Shown: positions 8,853 to 18,958 of the stretch, one piece after another | Layout: every line of letters starts with the position of its first letter | Position numbering within the stretch: position 1 is the first letter of the stretch | Source: an uncultured delta proteobacterium | Lineage (GTDB): Bacteria; Myxococcota_A; Polyangia; Fen-1088 | DNA length: 64,000 bases | Assembly: GCA_963796685.1 (NCBI GenBank) | Contig: CAWCMR010000025.1 | Location: 1,760,001-1,824,000, forward strand | Reading direction: 5' to 3' | Translations under genes and position numbers: made by a program | Notes under the pieces: model-generated | The model's input: only the letters and a program-made list of their open reading frames with translations | Databases searched by the model: none | Told to the model about the DNA's origin: nothing

Positions 8853-10478
8853 TTACTCCGTCACCGGCAATCCGTGCGCCTCGGCGAGCTGCTTGGTCAC
8901 GAACACCACGGCAACCCTGTCCGCGTACACGCGGCGCCAGCGCGGATCTTTGGCCAAGATGTCGGCGGCGCGGGCGAGGACGCCGCGCTGGATGAGGATG
9001 GCGGGGATCTCGTCGGGGCGGGCGTAGTCGATGCCGAGCGCTGCCTCCCAGCCGGGCTGGCCACGCCAGAGCTTGCGGAGGCCGTCGAGGTAACGTTCGA
9101 AGGTCTCTTGCGAGCTCAATTCCAGGCGCGGATCCATGAGCTCTTTGTGCGCCGGCGCGGTGTGGGCGATGCAAACCGCCGCTTGACTGATGTTGAAGGC
9201 CACGATGCGCTCGGGCAGATCGGGGCGCGCCAGGAACGCGCAGGCGTCGTGCGCGTACCATTGCTTGCGTTCGCCGAAGCCGATCGTCCGACCCTCGCCG
9301 GCCCAGGCGTAGAGTCCGCCCGAGGCGGTCGCGATGCCGAGCAGGACGATGGCGGCGAGCAGAAGCGGCTCGAGGTTGCGTTTGGCCGGAGCACCGGCAC
9401 CGGCACGACGAGCTCTCTTCGATGATTTCACGGCCGGTTTCGCCGGATTGGAAGCAGAGACCTCGTCGAAGTTCCACGTCATCACGAAAGCGGCGACCAG
9501 GGCGAATAGGGCGCTGTTGCGCGTGGCCTGCCATCCCAGGTAGGCGGCGGCAGAGAAGAGGAGCAACCGAAAGAGGCTTGGCCGCGCTCGGCGCCCCTGC
9601 AGGACGAAACTGAGGACTCCTAGACCGAGCACGGCGAAGTAGGCGAGAAGGTAGGGATTGTCGATGCCCGCGATGGCCACGAAGTCGCCGATGGTCTTGA
9701 GCTCGCCAATATTCGCCCGATAGATGCCGGTGCTGCCCAGCTTGTGAAACTGCTCGAGAGGCAGCGTGACGGCCTTCGTACCGTAAGGATTCACCAAGCA
9801 CGCCAGCAGCGTCGCGCCGCCGACGAGAAGAACCTGCCCAAGCGGCGGCCGCGCAGGTGCTACCGCCAGCGGCCACCGGCGGTAGGCCAACGACTCAGCG
9901 ACGTAGGCCGAAAGGACCATGGGGCCAAGCACGAAGAAGCCGTGGCAATTGACCCACAAGATTTGAATCGCCGGCAGAAGCCACAACCAGCGCGGTCGCT
10001 CGCCGGCACGGCCGAGCACGGCGAGAAACCCGGCGAGAAAGAGCAGCGAAAAGAGCTCGGGCCTTTCGCACAGCCGCCCCGTGAACATTACGACCCCGGG
10101 CAGCCAGGCGATGACGATGGGCCAAGTCTTGCCGCCACGCCGCCGCGCCGCCAGCGAGAGCGCGACGACGGCGGTTCCGCACGCGGCCTTGAGCAAGACC
10201 AGCGCGGTTGCGCCGCCCATTCGATAGAGCAGGGCAAGTCCGACCTGGAACAGCCAGTAGATATCGATCCACGTCCGGGTCGCATTGGTGTACGTGAACC
10301 AGTCGGTGTGCGGGATCTCGCCGCGCTCGAGGATGAGCTGCCCGGTACGTAGGTGCCACCACACGTCGAAGTCCGCCATGGGAAAACAGCCGAGAAGAAA
10401 CGTCAGCGCCAGCAAAGACAGAAGCACGGCCAGCCGCCACCTCCGCCGAGCGTTCGCGGGCGCACCGGGCGAAGTCAT
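8853..10478 (-). CDS. Multi-TM GT-C-fold-like membrane protein (putative glycosyltransferase)
   Basis: DFDVWWHLRTG, RPELFS, LWVNCHGFF and NPYG motifs; ATGA-coupled to the GT2 gene. Confidence 0.75.
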   Translation of the reverse strand: MTSPGAPANARRRWRLAVLLSLLALTFLLGCFPMADFDVWWHLRTGQLILERGEIPHTDWFTYTNATRTWIDIYWLFQVGLALLYRMGGATALVLLKAACGTAVVALSLAARRRGGKTWPIVIAWLPGVVMFTGRLCERPELFSLLFLAGFLAVLGRAGERPRWLWLLPAIQILWVNCHGFFVLGPMVLSAYVAESLAYRRWPLAVAPARPPLGQVLLVGGATLLACLVNPYGTKAVTLPLEQFHKLGSTGIYRANIGELKTIGDFVAIAGIDNPYLLAYFAVLGLGVLSFVLQGRRARPSLFRLLLFSAAAYLGWQATRNSALFALVAAFVMTWNFDEVSASNPAKPAVKSSKRARRAGAGAPAKRNLEPLLLAAIVLLGIATASGGLYAWAGEGRTIGFGERKQWYAHDACAFLARPDLPERIVAFNISQAAVCIAHTAPAHKELMDPRLELSSQETFERYLDGLRKLWRGQPGWEAALGIDYARPDEIPAILIQRGVLARAADILAKDPRWRRVYADRVAVVFVTKQLAEAHGLPVTE

Positions 10479-11191
10479 GCGCGCCTCTGCTTGCCTTGCA
10501 AGCGAATCCGCAGCAGGACCCACAGTGCGCGCAAACCATCGATGGGTCTGACCTTCTTGCCTTCCTTGAAGGTTCGCGGCTGGTAGCGCACCGGGATCTC
10601 GTGGATGGTGTGGCCCGCTTGCAGCAGACGGGCCACGAGCTCGGGATCGAAATCGAACCCTTCGGCGCCGAGGACGATGCCGTCAAGTGCGCTGCGACGA
10701 AAGGACTTCATTCCGGTGGGCTCGTCTGTGACGTGGCTGCCGAAGAGCAGGTTGGTCCAGGCGCTGAGCGTGCGTCCGCCGAGATAGTAGTGGTAGTAGA
10801 TGCAGCGGGCGTCGTGGCCGAGCAAGCGCGACCCGAACACGACCGACACCGCGGGATCGGCATAAGGCGCAAGCAAGCGCGCGTAATCGGTCGGATCCCA
10901 TTCCTGATCCGCATCTTGGATCACGACGATGTCCCCCGGCGCTGTCGCCAGGCCCCTGCGCACGGCCGCCCCCTTGCCCCGGTTGTGGGGCAGGGTGATG
11001 AGTCGGGAGATATCGGGATTTCGGCTGACGAAGCCGGCGGCGATCCGGTTCGATCCGTCGCGCGAGCCGTCGTCGACCAGCACGAGCTCGCGGGTCATCC
11101 CCGGCGGCAGCGGGGCCTCCGCGACCCGCTCCAGCTGCACGCCCAGGGTCCGCTCTTCATTGAAGAAGGGCGTGATGATGGAGACCAACAT
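10475..11191 (-). CDS. Glycosyltransferase family 2 (polyprenyl-phosphate sugar synthase-like)
   Basis: P.FNEE, VDDGSRDG, NRGKGAA, QDADQE, VFGSR and TDEPTG motifs. Confidence 0.92.
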   Translation of the reverse strand: MLVSIITPFFNEERTLGVQLERVAEAPLPPGMTRELVLVDDGSRDGSNRIAAGFVSRNPDISRLITLPHNRGKGAAVRRGLATAPGDIVVIQDADQEWDPTDYARLLAPYADPAVSVVFGSRLLGHDARCIYYHYYLGGRTLSAWTNLLFGSHVTDEPTGMKSFRRSALDGIVLGAEGFDFDPELVARLLQAGHTIHEIPVRYQPRTFKEGKKVRPIDGLRALWVLLRIRLQGKQRRA

Positions 11192-11350
11192 GCGTCGGAT
11201 CCCTATCCTCGCTGCGGACGTACGGCGTGCATGAGTGGAAGTCTTGCGTGAGCCTCACCCTAATCCAACTTGCGAGGCCCGTCGATGCCTTGCCGGACGA
11301 CTTTTCTACCTGGTCGAATTCACCGACAGTCGTACACTTGGCTTACGAGC

Positions 11351-11812
11351 ATGAAGAATGGCGAGCGAGACAAGGTTGACGGGGTGGTAGGGCTCGTGCG
11401 TGAGACCGCGGATGCCCTAGGGCGGCTCACCGTCCAGCACTTGCGACTCGCTCGTTTGGAAATCAAGGCCGACTTGCGCGTCATGGGGCGGCAGGCCGGT
11501 CTCATCGCGGTGCTGGCCGCGCTGGTGACCGTGGGCTACGGCTTGACCATGGCCGGCCTTGCGTTCGTTCTTGGCGACGGCACAGCGGTCGGCATTCCCC
11601 TGCTCGTCATCGGCGCGGTCCACATAGCGGGGGCTGGCGTGGGCATTCTCATCGCCATGTCTCGCTTGCGCCGACTGCACCTCATGAATGCCACGGCCGA
11701 CGAAATGAACCAAAGCCTGGCGCCGCTCGGGCTCGGCACCACCTCGGAACCGACGTCCGTACCGATGCCCGCTCGCACGGAGGCCAGTCCACGCACGGGG
11801 GCCAATCCATGA
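11351..11812 (+). CDS. Phage-holin-family (holin-X/YqjE-like) membrane protein
   Basis: LARLEIK followed by two TM helices; first gene of a small-membrane-protein operon. Confidence 0.75.
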   Translation: MKNGERDKVDGVVGLVRETADALGRLTVQHLRLARLEIKADLRVMGRQAGLIAVLAALVTVGYGLTMAGLAFVLGDGTAVGIPLLVIGAVHIAGAGVGILIAMSRLRRLHLMNATADEMNQSLAPLGLGTTSEPTSVPMPARTEASPRTGANP

Positions 11813-12054
11813 CCGCGGCCAAGAACGACGACCATGGCGTTCGCGATCCCGAGATCTTGCGCACCGAGGCCGAGATCGCGCGCACGCGCGAGGCGGTCGC
11901 CTCGTCGGTTGCGGCGCTGCAGAGCGAGATATCGCGTACGCTCGATTGGCGCGAGTGGGTTCGCCGACGACCGCTGTTGGCCGTGGCCTTGGCGTTCGGC
12001 GTTGGCGCCTTGCTGGGCGGCTGGCGTCCCCAATTCCGCCCCAGGGGTGGTTGA
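11809..12054 (+). CDS. DUF3618-like small protein with C-terminal TM anchor
   Basis: EIARTREAVASSVAAL...WVRRRPLLAVALAFGVG; overlaps the upstream stop. Confidence 0.7.
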   Translation: MTAAKNDDHGVRDPEILRTEAEIARTREAVASSVAALQSEISRTLDWREWVRRRPLLAVALAFGVGALLGGWRPQFRPRGG

Positions 12055-12080
12055 GCGAAAAGACATCAAGGAGGCTCGAC

Positions 12081-12287
12081 ATGGATACGACGGTTATCGA
12101 GGATCAAGAACGACACGGTGAGGGTGACGATGGCTTGCGCCCGCGCATCCAAGAATTGAAGGAGCGAATCGTGTCGCTCAACGACCGGGCCAAGGGGTTC
12201 ATCAAGGCGCACCCCGCGGCCTGTCTGATGGGCGCCTTGGGGATTGGATACCTCTTCGCGCGCATCGCCCGCCGGGGAGGTAGGTGA
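12081..12287 (+). CDS. ElaB/YqjD-like tail-anchored small protein
   Basis: AGGAGG RBS; FIKAHPAACLMGALGIGYLFAR tail. Confidence 0.7.
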   Translation: MDTTVIEDQERHGEGDDGLRPRIQELKERIVSLNDRAKGFIKAHPAACLMGALGIGYLFARIARRGGR

Positions 12288-12841
12288 CCACCATGCAAGC
12301 AGCCGAGAGCAGTCTTGTCGATCTCGTGAAGGATATCTTGGACATCGAGGGCCGCGTGGACCGCAATCCGTATGGGATGATGGCCGGCGCCATGGCTGCC
12401 GGTTTCATCCTGGGCGGTGGACTTTTCACGCGGATGATGGAAAGGGTGGCGGGCGCAGCCCTGCGCGTCGGCGTGATGGCCGCGCTGCCGCGCCTCGAAG
12501 AAAAAATTCGGATGGTCGACGGGACGCGCCGCAAACGGGGCGAGAACACCTGGCGAAAAAGGAGAATCAACATGAAGCTGCAAGACTTGAAAGACATGGA
12601 CAAGGATGACTTTCTGGGCCTCATCGGGCTACAGACCAAGCGCTCTTTCACAGGCGATCTGCTGGGCACGCTGGGCACGTTCGGCATCGGCCTCTTGGTC
12701 GGCGCCGGTGTCGCCCTGATGCTCGCGCCCAAACCCGGACGCGATCTGCGCCACGACATCCGCTCGAAGATCCGCCACGGCAAAGGCGAAGGCACCGAAA
12801 AGAGCCCCGACGGCGCGGGCGCGAGCACGAGCGAGGCTTAG
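12284..12841 (+). CDS. Membrane protein fused in frame to a YtxH-domain protein (internal start at 12572)
   Basis: N-terminal part has RNPYGMMAGAMAAGFILGGGL. An internal AAGGAG...ATG lies at 12572. C-terminal part has GLLVGAGVALMLAPKPGRDLR (YtxH motif). Confidence 0.7.
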   Translation: MTTMQAAESSLVDLVKDILDIEGRVDRNPYGMMAGAMAAGFILGGGLFTRMMERVAGAALRVGVMAALPRLEEKIRMVDGTRRKRGENTWRKRRINMKLQDLKDMDKDDFLGLIGLQTKRSFTGDLLGTLGTFGIGLLVGAGVALMLAPKPGRDLRHDIRSKIRHGKGEGTEKSPDGAGASTSEA

Positions 12842-12938
12842 CGCTGTGCTTGCCGTGCCGTGCGCAGTGGGGCGGCCGGCGTGCGCAGCGCGCTGGATGG
12901 GGGCCGGTGTGTGCGCGCCGCGCCTCGCTGCGCCGGGG

Positions 12939-14101
12939 TCAGCCTAGGATCTTCGTGAGGAACGATAGGACGAAGAGCAGTCCGCTGATGGCACCGAGGA
13001 CGATGCCGGCCATGGCACCGACCCTGGCCTTCTCGGCCTTGGCGGCAATCCTCTGTGCGGTGTCGGACTCCTTGAGCGATCGCAGGACATAGATCCCGTT
13101 GCCGATGGCTGCGACCGACAGCAGTCCCCAGGGATTGAACACGAAACTGGCCAGGGCGAATTCGAAGGCCTGCAGCGAATGCTCCAGCCCACAGCCGAGG
13201 GTGCCCAGGTTGGTGGCCAGGCACGAAAAAACCGTACCGATGTCCCCGGTGTAGTTCACTCCCAGCCCCTTGTTGTTCTCGAGCCACAAGGCGCTGGCAT
13301 CGGTCAGGCCACAGGCTTGCGCGCCGATCGTCTGGAACCTGCCCAAGTCGCCATAGGCGCTCGACGAGCCGTCCGACAGAGTTTTGGGTCCGCAACTTCC
13401 GTTCGAATAGGCGGCGCCGCTGCCGAGGTCGCTGTCGATCAAGGCGATGCGCAGATCGGGCAAGCTGCCGTCGCTGGGATCCTTGAGGGCGTCGAGCAGT
13501 CGGGGAAACTGCGATTGCAGCTTCGCCTGCTTGAGCGCCATGGACGGCGAGTTGTCGATCATGAAGATGAGGTCGAGCATCCGGTTAGGGGCGACTGCGA
13601 GCTGGAACGGGCTCGGTAACGAACCGTCGGCCAGATCGTCCAGGGTCGTGGCATCCGAGATCGGCAGGGCGGAGTCCTTCTTGAGCAGGGCAGGCGTGTC
13701 CGCGGCGTCGTCAGGCGATGGCATCACCGTCGCGTCGGGCGCATCATCCGTTTCCTGGTCGATGTCTTTCGCGGCATCGGGCGAGATCGCGTCGTAGACG
13801 GCGATGCCCGCGTCCGGTGATTGGCCCGGCCATCGGCCTCGCTGGCCGCGGTCTCGGGTTGGGTCGGCGAAACCTCGACGGCGTCGGCGCCCGAAACACC
13901 ATCCGACCTCGCCGACCAAGTATCCGTTGCGGTGTCGCCAGCCAGCGCACTGTCCATTGTGTTGCCGTCGCTCTTGCCCTGACCGACCTCCGAGGCGTCG
14001 TTCGGCGACATCTTTCCGGTGTGCGTGCCATGATTGCAGCCCGCGAGGGAGAAGATTGGCAGCGCAAGACAAGCGATTTTCAGCGGCGTCGAAATGCTGA
14101 T
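12939..14101 (-). pseudogene. Decayed chimeric lipoprotein gene (vWA-like domain truncated and joined to an unrelated 2-TM tail)
   Basis: GGAAGGGA is followed by ATC rather than ATG at 14101, ahead of the signal peptide ...FSLAGC. Frameshift near 13830. The DLIFMIDNSPSM/DLRIALIDSDLG domain breaks off after GCGLEHSLQAFEFAL. Confidence 0.6.
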
Positions 14102-14196
14102 GGTATCCCTTCCCCAGGGGATCGGAATGGGTGACGACGCGATTCTCTCTCAAATCGAAAAATTCGCAATGAGCCGCTGGAATACGAGACTGGTTG

Positions 14197-14784
14197 CTAG
14201 GGAACGACTTGGATGGCGCCGGACATGGCGTCGCCCTGGGGATCTCCATGGTCGAGGCAGTGGTAACCATAGATGCCGACGGCGTCCATCTCGAAGGAGG
14301 CCGCCGTGGCCGTGTCGCGGTATTCGAGCAACAGCTCGGGGCCGCAGGAAGGCGTCAGGGGATGGCGGATGAAGTCCCCGGAGAAGGTCACGATCTGGCC
14401 CACGCGGACCATGAGACATTTCGGATCGTAGCTGTAGTCTTGAAAATGCACGGTTCGGTCGGCAGCTGCGGCCGTCGCATCCACGAACGACGCACAACCG
14501 GCAAAGGCTGCCTGGCAGGCCAGGCCCGCCTCGGCAAAGGAAGAATCGACAACCGCGCCTTCGGCGTCGAGTGCGAGGGGACCTGACGCCTCGTTGATGG
14601 AATCGTCAAGGCTCGCGTCGACTGCAGCGTTGTTCTGACCCGTGTCCAAGGAGGGGGAAGCATCGAACACGGACAACCCCCGAGGCGAGCTCAGTGAGCA
14701 TCCCGCGAGGATCGGGACCACTACCAGGGGCACCCCCCTGGCAGTGGCGTTGGCAACGAGCATGTGCAGCCGGGTCGGCTTCAT
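14197..14784 (-). CDS. Cupredoxin/plastocyanin-like lipoprotein
   Basis: LAGC lipobox; type-1 Cu ligands RHPL ... YHCLDHG....MSGAIQV. Confidence 0.8.
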   Translation of the reverse strand: MKPTRLHMLVANATARGVPLVVVPILAGCSLSSPRGLSVFDASPSLDTGQNNAAVDASLDDSINEASGPLALDAEGAVVDSSFAEAGLACQAAFAGCASFVDATAAAADRTVHFQDYSYDPKCLMVRVGQIVTFSGDFIRHPLTPSCGPELLLEYRDTATAASFEMDAVGIYGYHCLDHGDPQGDAMSGAIQVVP

Positions 14785-14793
14785 CGAAGTATT

Positions 14794-16179
14794 CTAGGGC
14801 TTGCCAATCTGTCCGCGAATCTCGCCACCCGGATTGGTGGCCGTTTGGACGCTGACATAGAGGTTACCCGCATTGAGATTCGTGAGGTCCCCGGCCGTCA
14901 TGGTCTGGGTACCCGCTGCCCCATTGGCGGTGAGCGTGAGAGGATACAAGACGTTTCCGTTGACACCGGCCGCACCCATGTTGACATCCGAACCCGTCGT
15001 GATGAGCCCGGTGAAGGCGGCTTGGTAGCGAAGGCTCGTGCCCTGCGGGTCCAGAATGAACTGGGCTCCGCCGGTGGCCGAGGTAGTGACCGGAGGAACC
15101 TCGTTCGCACCGCTCAGCGAAGCCGAGTACAGCACCTCCCCCGGCATCATGAGCTGGCCACGCAGCTCGCCGCCAGGGTTCGCGGCCGTGTGCACATTGA
15201 CGTACCAAAGGCCGGCCGCAAGATCTTGTGCATCCGTGCCGGACAAGGCGATCGTTCCATCCATGACGGCGGCGATGGGCGAGAAGGGATGAATGACCGC
15301 GCCGGCAATGGTCGCAATGCCCTTGTGGATGTGCGCATTGGTCAACGTCAGGCCCGTCGTGTTCACGTGATAGCGGAGGCTCGTCTTTGCGGCGTCGAGA
15401 ATGACGGCTGCCGTTCCCGTGCCCGTGCTCGTCACCGGCGGGGTCTCCTGACTTCCCGTCAAAGTCGCCACCCAAAGCGAATCTCCGGGGTGCAGGATTT
15501 GTCCGCGAATTTCGCCGCCCGGGTGGGACGTCGAATGGACGTTCACGTACATCTTGCCCTGTTCCAGGTTGTCGGCATCGGTCGCGGTGATGGTCAGGGT
15601 TCCACTCATGGTCGACCCGAAGGGCGTGAACGGGTAGACGATGGCGCCGTTCTCGCCGGCCGCGGCCAGGTGGATGTGCGAGGCCGTCCCCCCAACCACG
15701 TCGTGGGTCACGAGGTACATCAGCTGCGTCCGGTCGGCGCTGAGCGTGAAGGTGGCCGATCCTGTCGCGGTGGTCACGACGGGCGGCACCTCTTGCGCAC
15801 CCGTCAGAACCGCCGTGTAGGTCACTATCGACCCGGCCTCGCCGCCGCCCTCCGATCCCGCGACATCCACGGTTCCCGCGACATCCACGGCGGAGGCGTC
15901 CACGTGCGCCGAATCGAGCGCGGTTCCAAGGTCGCCACCACCTCCCGAGTCGATGGCGACGTCGGCGATCGCGGCGTCGTGTACCGGCAGGGTATCGATG
16001 CCCGCCGCATCCACGGTCGGCGACGCGTCCGTGATCGGCGCGTCGATCGCGGCGTCATGCTTGGTACCGCCGCCGGCATCGTACGGCATGTTTGCGTCGG
16101 GTGGACTGCTGCTGCTGCTACCGCAGCCCGCAATTGCCAATCCCGTAAACAAGAAACAGAACCAGTATGATCGAATCAT
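14794..16179 (-). CDS. Triple CHRD-domain lipoprotein
   Basis: IAGC lipobox and DA-rich linker. Three repeats of L.GAQEVPPV...HIH...YVNVH...PGGEIRGQ; the third lacks the His residues. Confidence 0.9.
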   Translation of the reverse strand: MIRSYWFCFLFTGLAIAGCGSSSSSPPDANMPYDAGGGTKHDAAIDAPITDASPTVDAAGIDTLPVHDAAIADVAIDSGGGGDLGTALDSAHVDASAVDVAGTVDVAGSEGGGEAGSIVTYTAVLTGAQEVPPVVTTATGSATFTLSADRTQLMYLVTHDVVGGTASHIHLAAAGENGAIVYPFTPFGSTMSGTLTITATDADNLEQGKMYVNVHSTSHPGGEIRGQILHPGDSLWVATLTGSQETPPVTSTGTGTAAVILDAAKTSLRYHVNTTGLTLTNAHIHKGIATIAGAVIHPFSPIAAVMDGTIALSGTDAQDLAAGLWYVNVHTAANPGGELRGQLMMPGEVLYSASLSGANEVPPVTTSATGGAQFILDPQGTSLRYQAAFTGLITTGSDVNMGAAGVNGNVLYPLTLTANGAAGTQTMTAGDLTNLNAGNLYVSVQTATNPGGEIRGQIGKP

Positions 16180-16470
16180 TATTGTCTCTCCTGGTCATTA
16201 TGGACTGAAGACTGCCGTTCGCACGGCAGTGGATCACCGTTCGTGTGGAATTACCCGATGCACTTACCATGCGCCACATTCGGGGCAAGCCGATCCAGGC
16301 CAGGAGGAGAGGCCGATCACACGAGGTCGTGCCTCGGCAATCGAGATTCGTAACTGGCGTGCTCGGCACGCATCTAAATACGGATCGGGTGGTGAAGCGC
16401 GCCACCCTGGTCCGCCTGCCTGGTCCAGGGAGGCACCGCTGTTGGGGTTCCGCTATAGTCTGACCTTCGC

Positions 16471-18847
16471 ATGGCTGAAGCCGACGAAGAAGACCAGAGC
16501 GCGGAAGAGCGCGACGCGATCCCCTGCGAGGAAGAGGGCCATCTTGCGCGCGTAAAGGAGAGTCTTCGCGCGGCCGCACCGCGCACGGGAAAATCAGGGC
16601 GTAGCCACGCCAACGACGAGTTGCTGGCGTTGCGCGACGAGATCGGCGAGGCACGGCTTGAGGACGTGCCCGCCCTGGTGGCGCAGATGGAGCGTTTGCA
16701 GGAGGTGTCGCTCACACGGGCCGAGCTGCAAACCATGCTGGTAGATCCGCGCTCGCCCTACTTCGGGCACCTGCGTTTGCGCGAGCGGGTGGCAGGCCGG
16801 GGCGAGGTCGAGCGCGACATTTTCATCGGCCGCGCCACTTTCACCGACGTCAAGGCGCGCGTGCACATCGTCGATTGGCGGAACGCGCCGGTCAGTCAGC
16901 TCTATTACTGCTACGGCGAAGGCAGCGACTACGAGGAGACCTTTGGTGAGCGTGAAGTGCAGGGCGATATCCTTCAACGCCGTACCCTGACCATCGAGGA
17001 CGGGATGCTGTTGCGCGTGGCCAGTCCGCAAGGGGTTTGGGTCAGGAAGAACACGTCGACGTCGGCGGCTTCACGCTGGAGGCGCACGGATGTGCCGGTG
17101 CGCGAGCTCGGAGGAGGCGAGCAGACCGCCACGCGCCCGGCACCCCGTCGCGGCGTGCTCGGTGCGGCGCCCGAGGACGTGCAGCGCCTGGATCGGCACT
17201 TGCCCGAGATCGCGGCGCTGATCGACCCGCGCCAGTTCGAGATCATGACCGCGCCCCATTCCGGCGTGGTGGTCATCCAGGGAGGCGCAGGGAGCGGCAA
17301 GACCACCATCGGACTGCATCGTCTTGCCTACTTGAGCTTCGCGCACCCCGAGCGATTCCCGTCGAAGCGCATGGTGGTCGTGACCCAGGGTACGGCGCTG
17401 GCAGGCTACATCGGTCAGGTTCTGCCGGCCCTCGGCGTCCCGGGCGTGCGCGTGCTGACCTTCCAGGAGTGGGCCGAGAGAGAGTTGCAGCGGGCGATCC
17501 CCTGGCTACGCGCGACGGTCACCGACGAGGTCGTTCCCGCCGTGACCCGGGTGAAGAGCCATCCCGCCTTGCTGCACGAGCTGGAGCGGCGCGCCCGATC
17601 GCCCAAAGCCAAGCGGGGCAAGAGCGCCGTGGTCGAGCTGTGGGCGGATCTGCTGACCGACCGCGAGTTGCTGGTTTCGCTCATGGGCAACGATGAGGAG
17701 ATGCGTGTTTCCCAGGCCGACATCGAGGAGGCCCATCGCATTCTGGTGACTCGCGTGGGCGCCATCGTCAGCCGCGATCCGCGCGAGCTGCCGCCCAAGG
17801 AGAAGAAGACGTCCCCGGCGAAAAGCCGCGCGGTCGAGAGGGCGCGCAGGGAAGAGCCTCGAAGACATCGAGGCTTGGACCTCTCTCGGCAAGGGCGAGG
17901 GGGCGAAGAAGAAGACCGTGGATGACGAGCTGCCCGAGCACGTGCGGCGCGTGGAGGCGGAGCGCGACGAGGTCGACGACGACGAGAACGTGCGCGGCGA
18001 GATCGGTATCGATGGTCAGCGCACCGAGGACGACCTGCCGATTCTGGACGTCGACGATCTTGCCATCCTCTTGCGCGCCAATCAACTGCTGCGCAAACCG
18101 GAGACGCCGCTGCGCCATCTGTTCGTGGACGAAGCCCAGGATCTGTCGCCCATGAAGCTGGCGGCGCTCATCGGTCGAACCACGCCGAATGGGCACCATT
18201 CTGGGCAGGTTCCGTCGATCACCCTGGCGGGCGACACCGCGCAGCGGCTTTTTCTCGACAACGGTTTCGGCGACTGGCGCGCGGTGCTGGGCCACCTCGG
18301 GCTGGCGCACGTGGCGGTCGAGCCCCTGCGTATCGCCTATCGATCCACGCGCGAGATTCTGTCCCTGGCCCGCCATGCCATGGGGTCGCTGCCCATCGAT
18401 GTGCCGGCCGAGGCCAAGCGATCGGGTGCTCCTGTCGAGGCGTTTCGATTTTCCGCCGCTGGCGCGGCAGTGGGATTTCTGGCCGAGGCCCTGCGCGATC
18501 TTCTGGTGCGCGAGCCACGCGCCACCGTGGCCTTGCTGGCGCGCTACCCCGAGCAGGCCGACCGCTATCACGATGGCCTGCGCCGGGCAGAGGTGGCCAG
18601 CCTGCGCCGCGTGCGGGCCCAGGATTTCACGTTCCGTCCCGGCATCGACGTCACCGACGTACGCCAGGTCAAGGGGCTCGAATTCGACTACGTGGTCTTG
18701 CTCGACGTGAACGCCAGCAGTTACGGGGGCGACGATGAATCCCGTCATCTCTTCCACATCGCCGCCACGCGGGCTGCCCACCAGCTATGGCTCATCGTGA
18801 CCGGGCAACCGTCGTCCTTGATCCCGCCCGAGTGCTTGCGCGACTGA
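16471..18847 (+). CDS. HelD-like/UvrD-family SF1 helicase-type ATPase, split by a +1 frameshift near 17820-17850
   Basis: ORF1 (16471..17925) has SPYFGHL, IVDWRNAP and GGAGSGKT. ORF2 (17918..18847) has FVDEAQD, GDTAQ, YRSTREI, VKGLEFD and ATRA. Confidence 0.85.
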
Positions 18848-18958
18848 AGAGCGCCTTTCGCGGAACCTGAGGCCTCGGGTTGCGGGCAAAGCCCGCGCTA
18901 TGCCAGAGGCCGCCGGGCTTGTAGTATGCGGTCTCACTCTCCGTCGGGTGGTCGATCC

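Noticed and set aside
11351-11812. Prophage suggested by the holin-family gene
   Set aside because: No phage genes nearby; the context is the common holin-X/DUF3618/ElaB/YtxH small-membrane-protein operon.
17820-17850. Programmed frameshift in the helicase gene
   Set aside because: No canonical slippery heptamer, and similar +1 breaks occur in three unrelated genes.
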